DNA of 64,000 bases from Glaucostegus cemiculus (taxonomy: Eukaryota), in assembly GCA_976551045.1 (NCBI GenBank), contig CDPCPM010000012.1, positions 41,354,001-41,418,000 on the forward strand, given 5' to 3'. The notes beneath the pieces are model-generated. The model was not told the origin of the DNA and did no database searches. It saw nothing but the letters and a program-made list of their open reading frames with translations. The stretch's first letter is position 1. The number at the start of each line of letters is the position of its first letter. The translations under genes and the position numbers were made by a program. Below are positions 62,195-64,000 of the stretch, one piece after another.

Positions 62195-62920
62195 ACAAAC
62201 ATAATAAACAGAAGTCAGAGCAGACCAGTCAGCCCATCCTACCTACTCTTCTGTTCAATAAGATCATGACTGAACTTCTACCTCAACACTACTTGGCCTG
62301 TACTAATCTCATCTCCTCTGATTCCATTAAAAGCTATTTACCTTTATAAGTTCTATGACCTCTCCCTTGAATGTACTTGGTGACCAAGTCTCCTCAGATC
62401 TCTTGGGTAGAGAATTCCAACGATTCATTGGCCTCAGACTGAAGAAAAACTTCTCACCTCTGTCTTGAATGTTTGGTCCCTTATTTTCAATCTGTGATCC
62501 CTGGTTCTGGATGTCCCAGCTAGGGGAAACATCATCCCCTCATACAGCCTGCCAAGTCCTATAAAAACGTAATACATTTCAATGCAATCACCTGTTTTTC
62601 TTCTAAACTCTGAGAACAAGGGCTCAGCCTGCTACATCTCTCTTCAAAAGCAAACTCATCATCTGTGAGACTGAATCTTGTGATACTGCACAATACTTCC
62701 TCTATCACAAGTACATCCCTCCTTGGCCATAGAGACAAGATTTGTACATAGTACTCTAGATGCTGTGTCACCAGAGCCCTAAGTAATTAAAACAAGATAT
62801 CTCCACTCTGTACTCAATCCATCTTGTGATAAAGGCCAACATATCCTTTGCCTTTTTAATTGCTCACTGTACATGTACTGTGCGTTAACTTTCAGTATAT
62901 TGTATACAGTGACACGCAGC
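62195..62920 (-). mobile_element. CR1 LINE 3' end, decayed
   Basis: ORF 62434..62619 (MFPLAGTSRTRDHRLKIRDQTFKTEVR) and ORF 62559..62771 (HLEYYVQI). Confidence 0.85.
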
Positions 62921-62974
62921 TTGGCTTAAATATTTTCTCTGAGCTTTCTTCGATGTTTATGTTTTCCTGATTCT

Positions 62975-63035
62975 TCACAAGATCACAAGATAATGGAGCA
63001 GAAGCAGGCCACTCGGCCCATCAAGTCTGCTCCAA
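62975..63035 (-). mobile_element. Extreme 3' tail of a CR1, same tail type as 7851
   Basis: cacaagatcacaagataatggagcagaagcaggccactcggcccatc. Confidence 0.65.
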
Positions 63036-64000
63036 AGGGAAAGGAGGGTGGAATATCAACACAATGCTCCTTTATAACTAATGAACATGCAAAGCGTTTC
63101 CATTAACCAGTTGTCAAAGTGAGTAAAAATGTTGTTGTAAAAATTAGCCTTTAATGAACAAAACCGACAAAGGCACTGAACAGGTGTAACAAGTTCTGAT
63201 CTTTTTAAAATTTACTAATTTCTCTGTGAAAGTTTGAATTGTAAATTCTGCGCTTCCAATAGGGAGGGGTACTTGGAAGGTACATGGATTGCAGAAAGTG
63301 GTCTTTGAAAATGAAAAATAGCTGAATTAGCCAGTAATTCAGGTACAAGTGAAATGTTGTGCGTCTATACCATGGTAGTGTCTTATGGTGTGATTTCTAC
63401 CAGAAACTGCTTCAATTGCTACAAAGGTAGGCATCATTGCACTTCTCTTATCAACAGACATCCTGCACAAAAATGCTTGTGAACATTTTGTCTTGACTTT
63501 TCCCTTTGAGCTTGATGTAGCTGAACTGCTTTATGCTGGGATGTCTGCATTTCATGTAATCATATCGAGCATCTCAGCTTCAGAGTGACTTAAATGTTTT
63601 TCCCTTTTGTAAGAGAACAAATGTAAGAGAACACATACTCCTCACATGTTCAATATTAAAAGTGGTACACTTTATGGAAAACAGATTTGGGTACAATTTA
63701 GGTATACCTTGTTTTTGGTTCCATCACCAAGCTGGAGGCCCCAAAGTTCATCTGAAATCAGTCATCCTGTATCATTATGTACAATTTTCAGCCAGCTACG
63801 AACATCTCATGTTCAGCCTGCAGACTGACTTATCTCACAGGCAAGATCAACCAAACACATCAAAAATGATCTGTAAAAGGTCAAGATAAATTTACATCTA
63901 CCAAGGCATAAGATGGATTTGTTTCAGGGGTCATGTGTCATCCAGTGAAAATGTTTTGCTTCTCTATAGAATGTTTCCCAGTTCTTTTTTTACTTCACTA

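Noticed and set aside
1-64000. Prokaryotic-style systems (CRISPR array, retron, DGR, defence operon) suggested by the many RT ORFs
   Set aside because: All RT fragments carry eukaryotic non-LTR (CR1, Rex1, L1) or PLE signatures with LINE 3' tails. There is no regularly spaced repeat-spacer array and no operon-like gene density.

Overview
A 64-kb eukaryotic, AT-rich window with no recognisable host protein-coding exon, rRNA, tRNA gene or CRISPR array. The repeat content points to intronic or intergenic DNA from a cartilaginous fish, probably a ray or other batoid (inference from repeat families only). Roughly half of the window is transposon debris, often nested: CR1 LINEs, Rex1/Babar LINEs, one fish-type L1 3' end, Penelope-like elements (PLEs), tRNA-derived V-SINE/HE1-like SINEs, a DeuSINE relic and a candidate Gypsy LTR. 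Every ORF with recognisable homology is a broken retroelement fragment. The most unusual observations are: (i) a decayed, apparently intron-containing Myb/SANT-like gene of PIF/Harbinger type at ~1.3-2.5 kb, which the ORF track misses; (ii) minimal hammerhead-ribozyme cores in PLE termini, with the PLEs repeatedly arranged as inverted pairs; (iii) two independent antisense self-insertions of Rex1 that create long hairpins; and (iv) V-SINEs carrying two different LINE-derived tails. Several TE-free islands look like candidate conserved non-coding elements. I found no convincing evidence for a wholly new biological system. Family names come from motif recognition, not database searches, and most boundaries are approximate (about +/-10-30 bp) unless a TSD is given.
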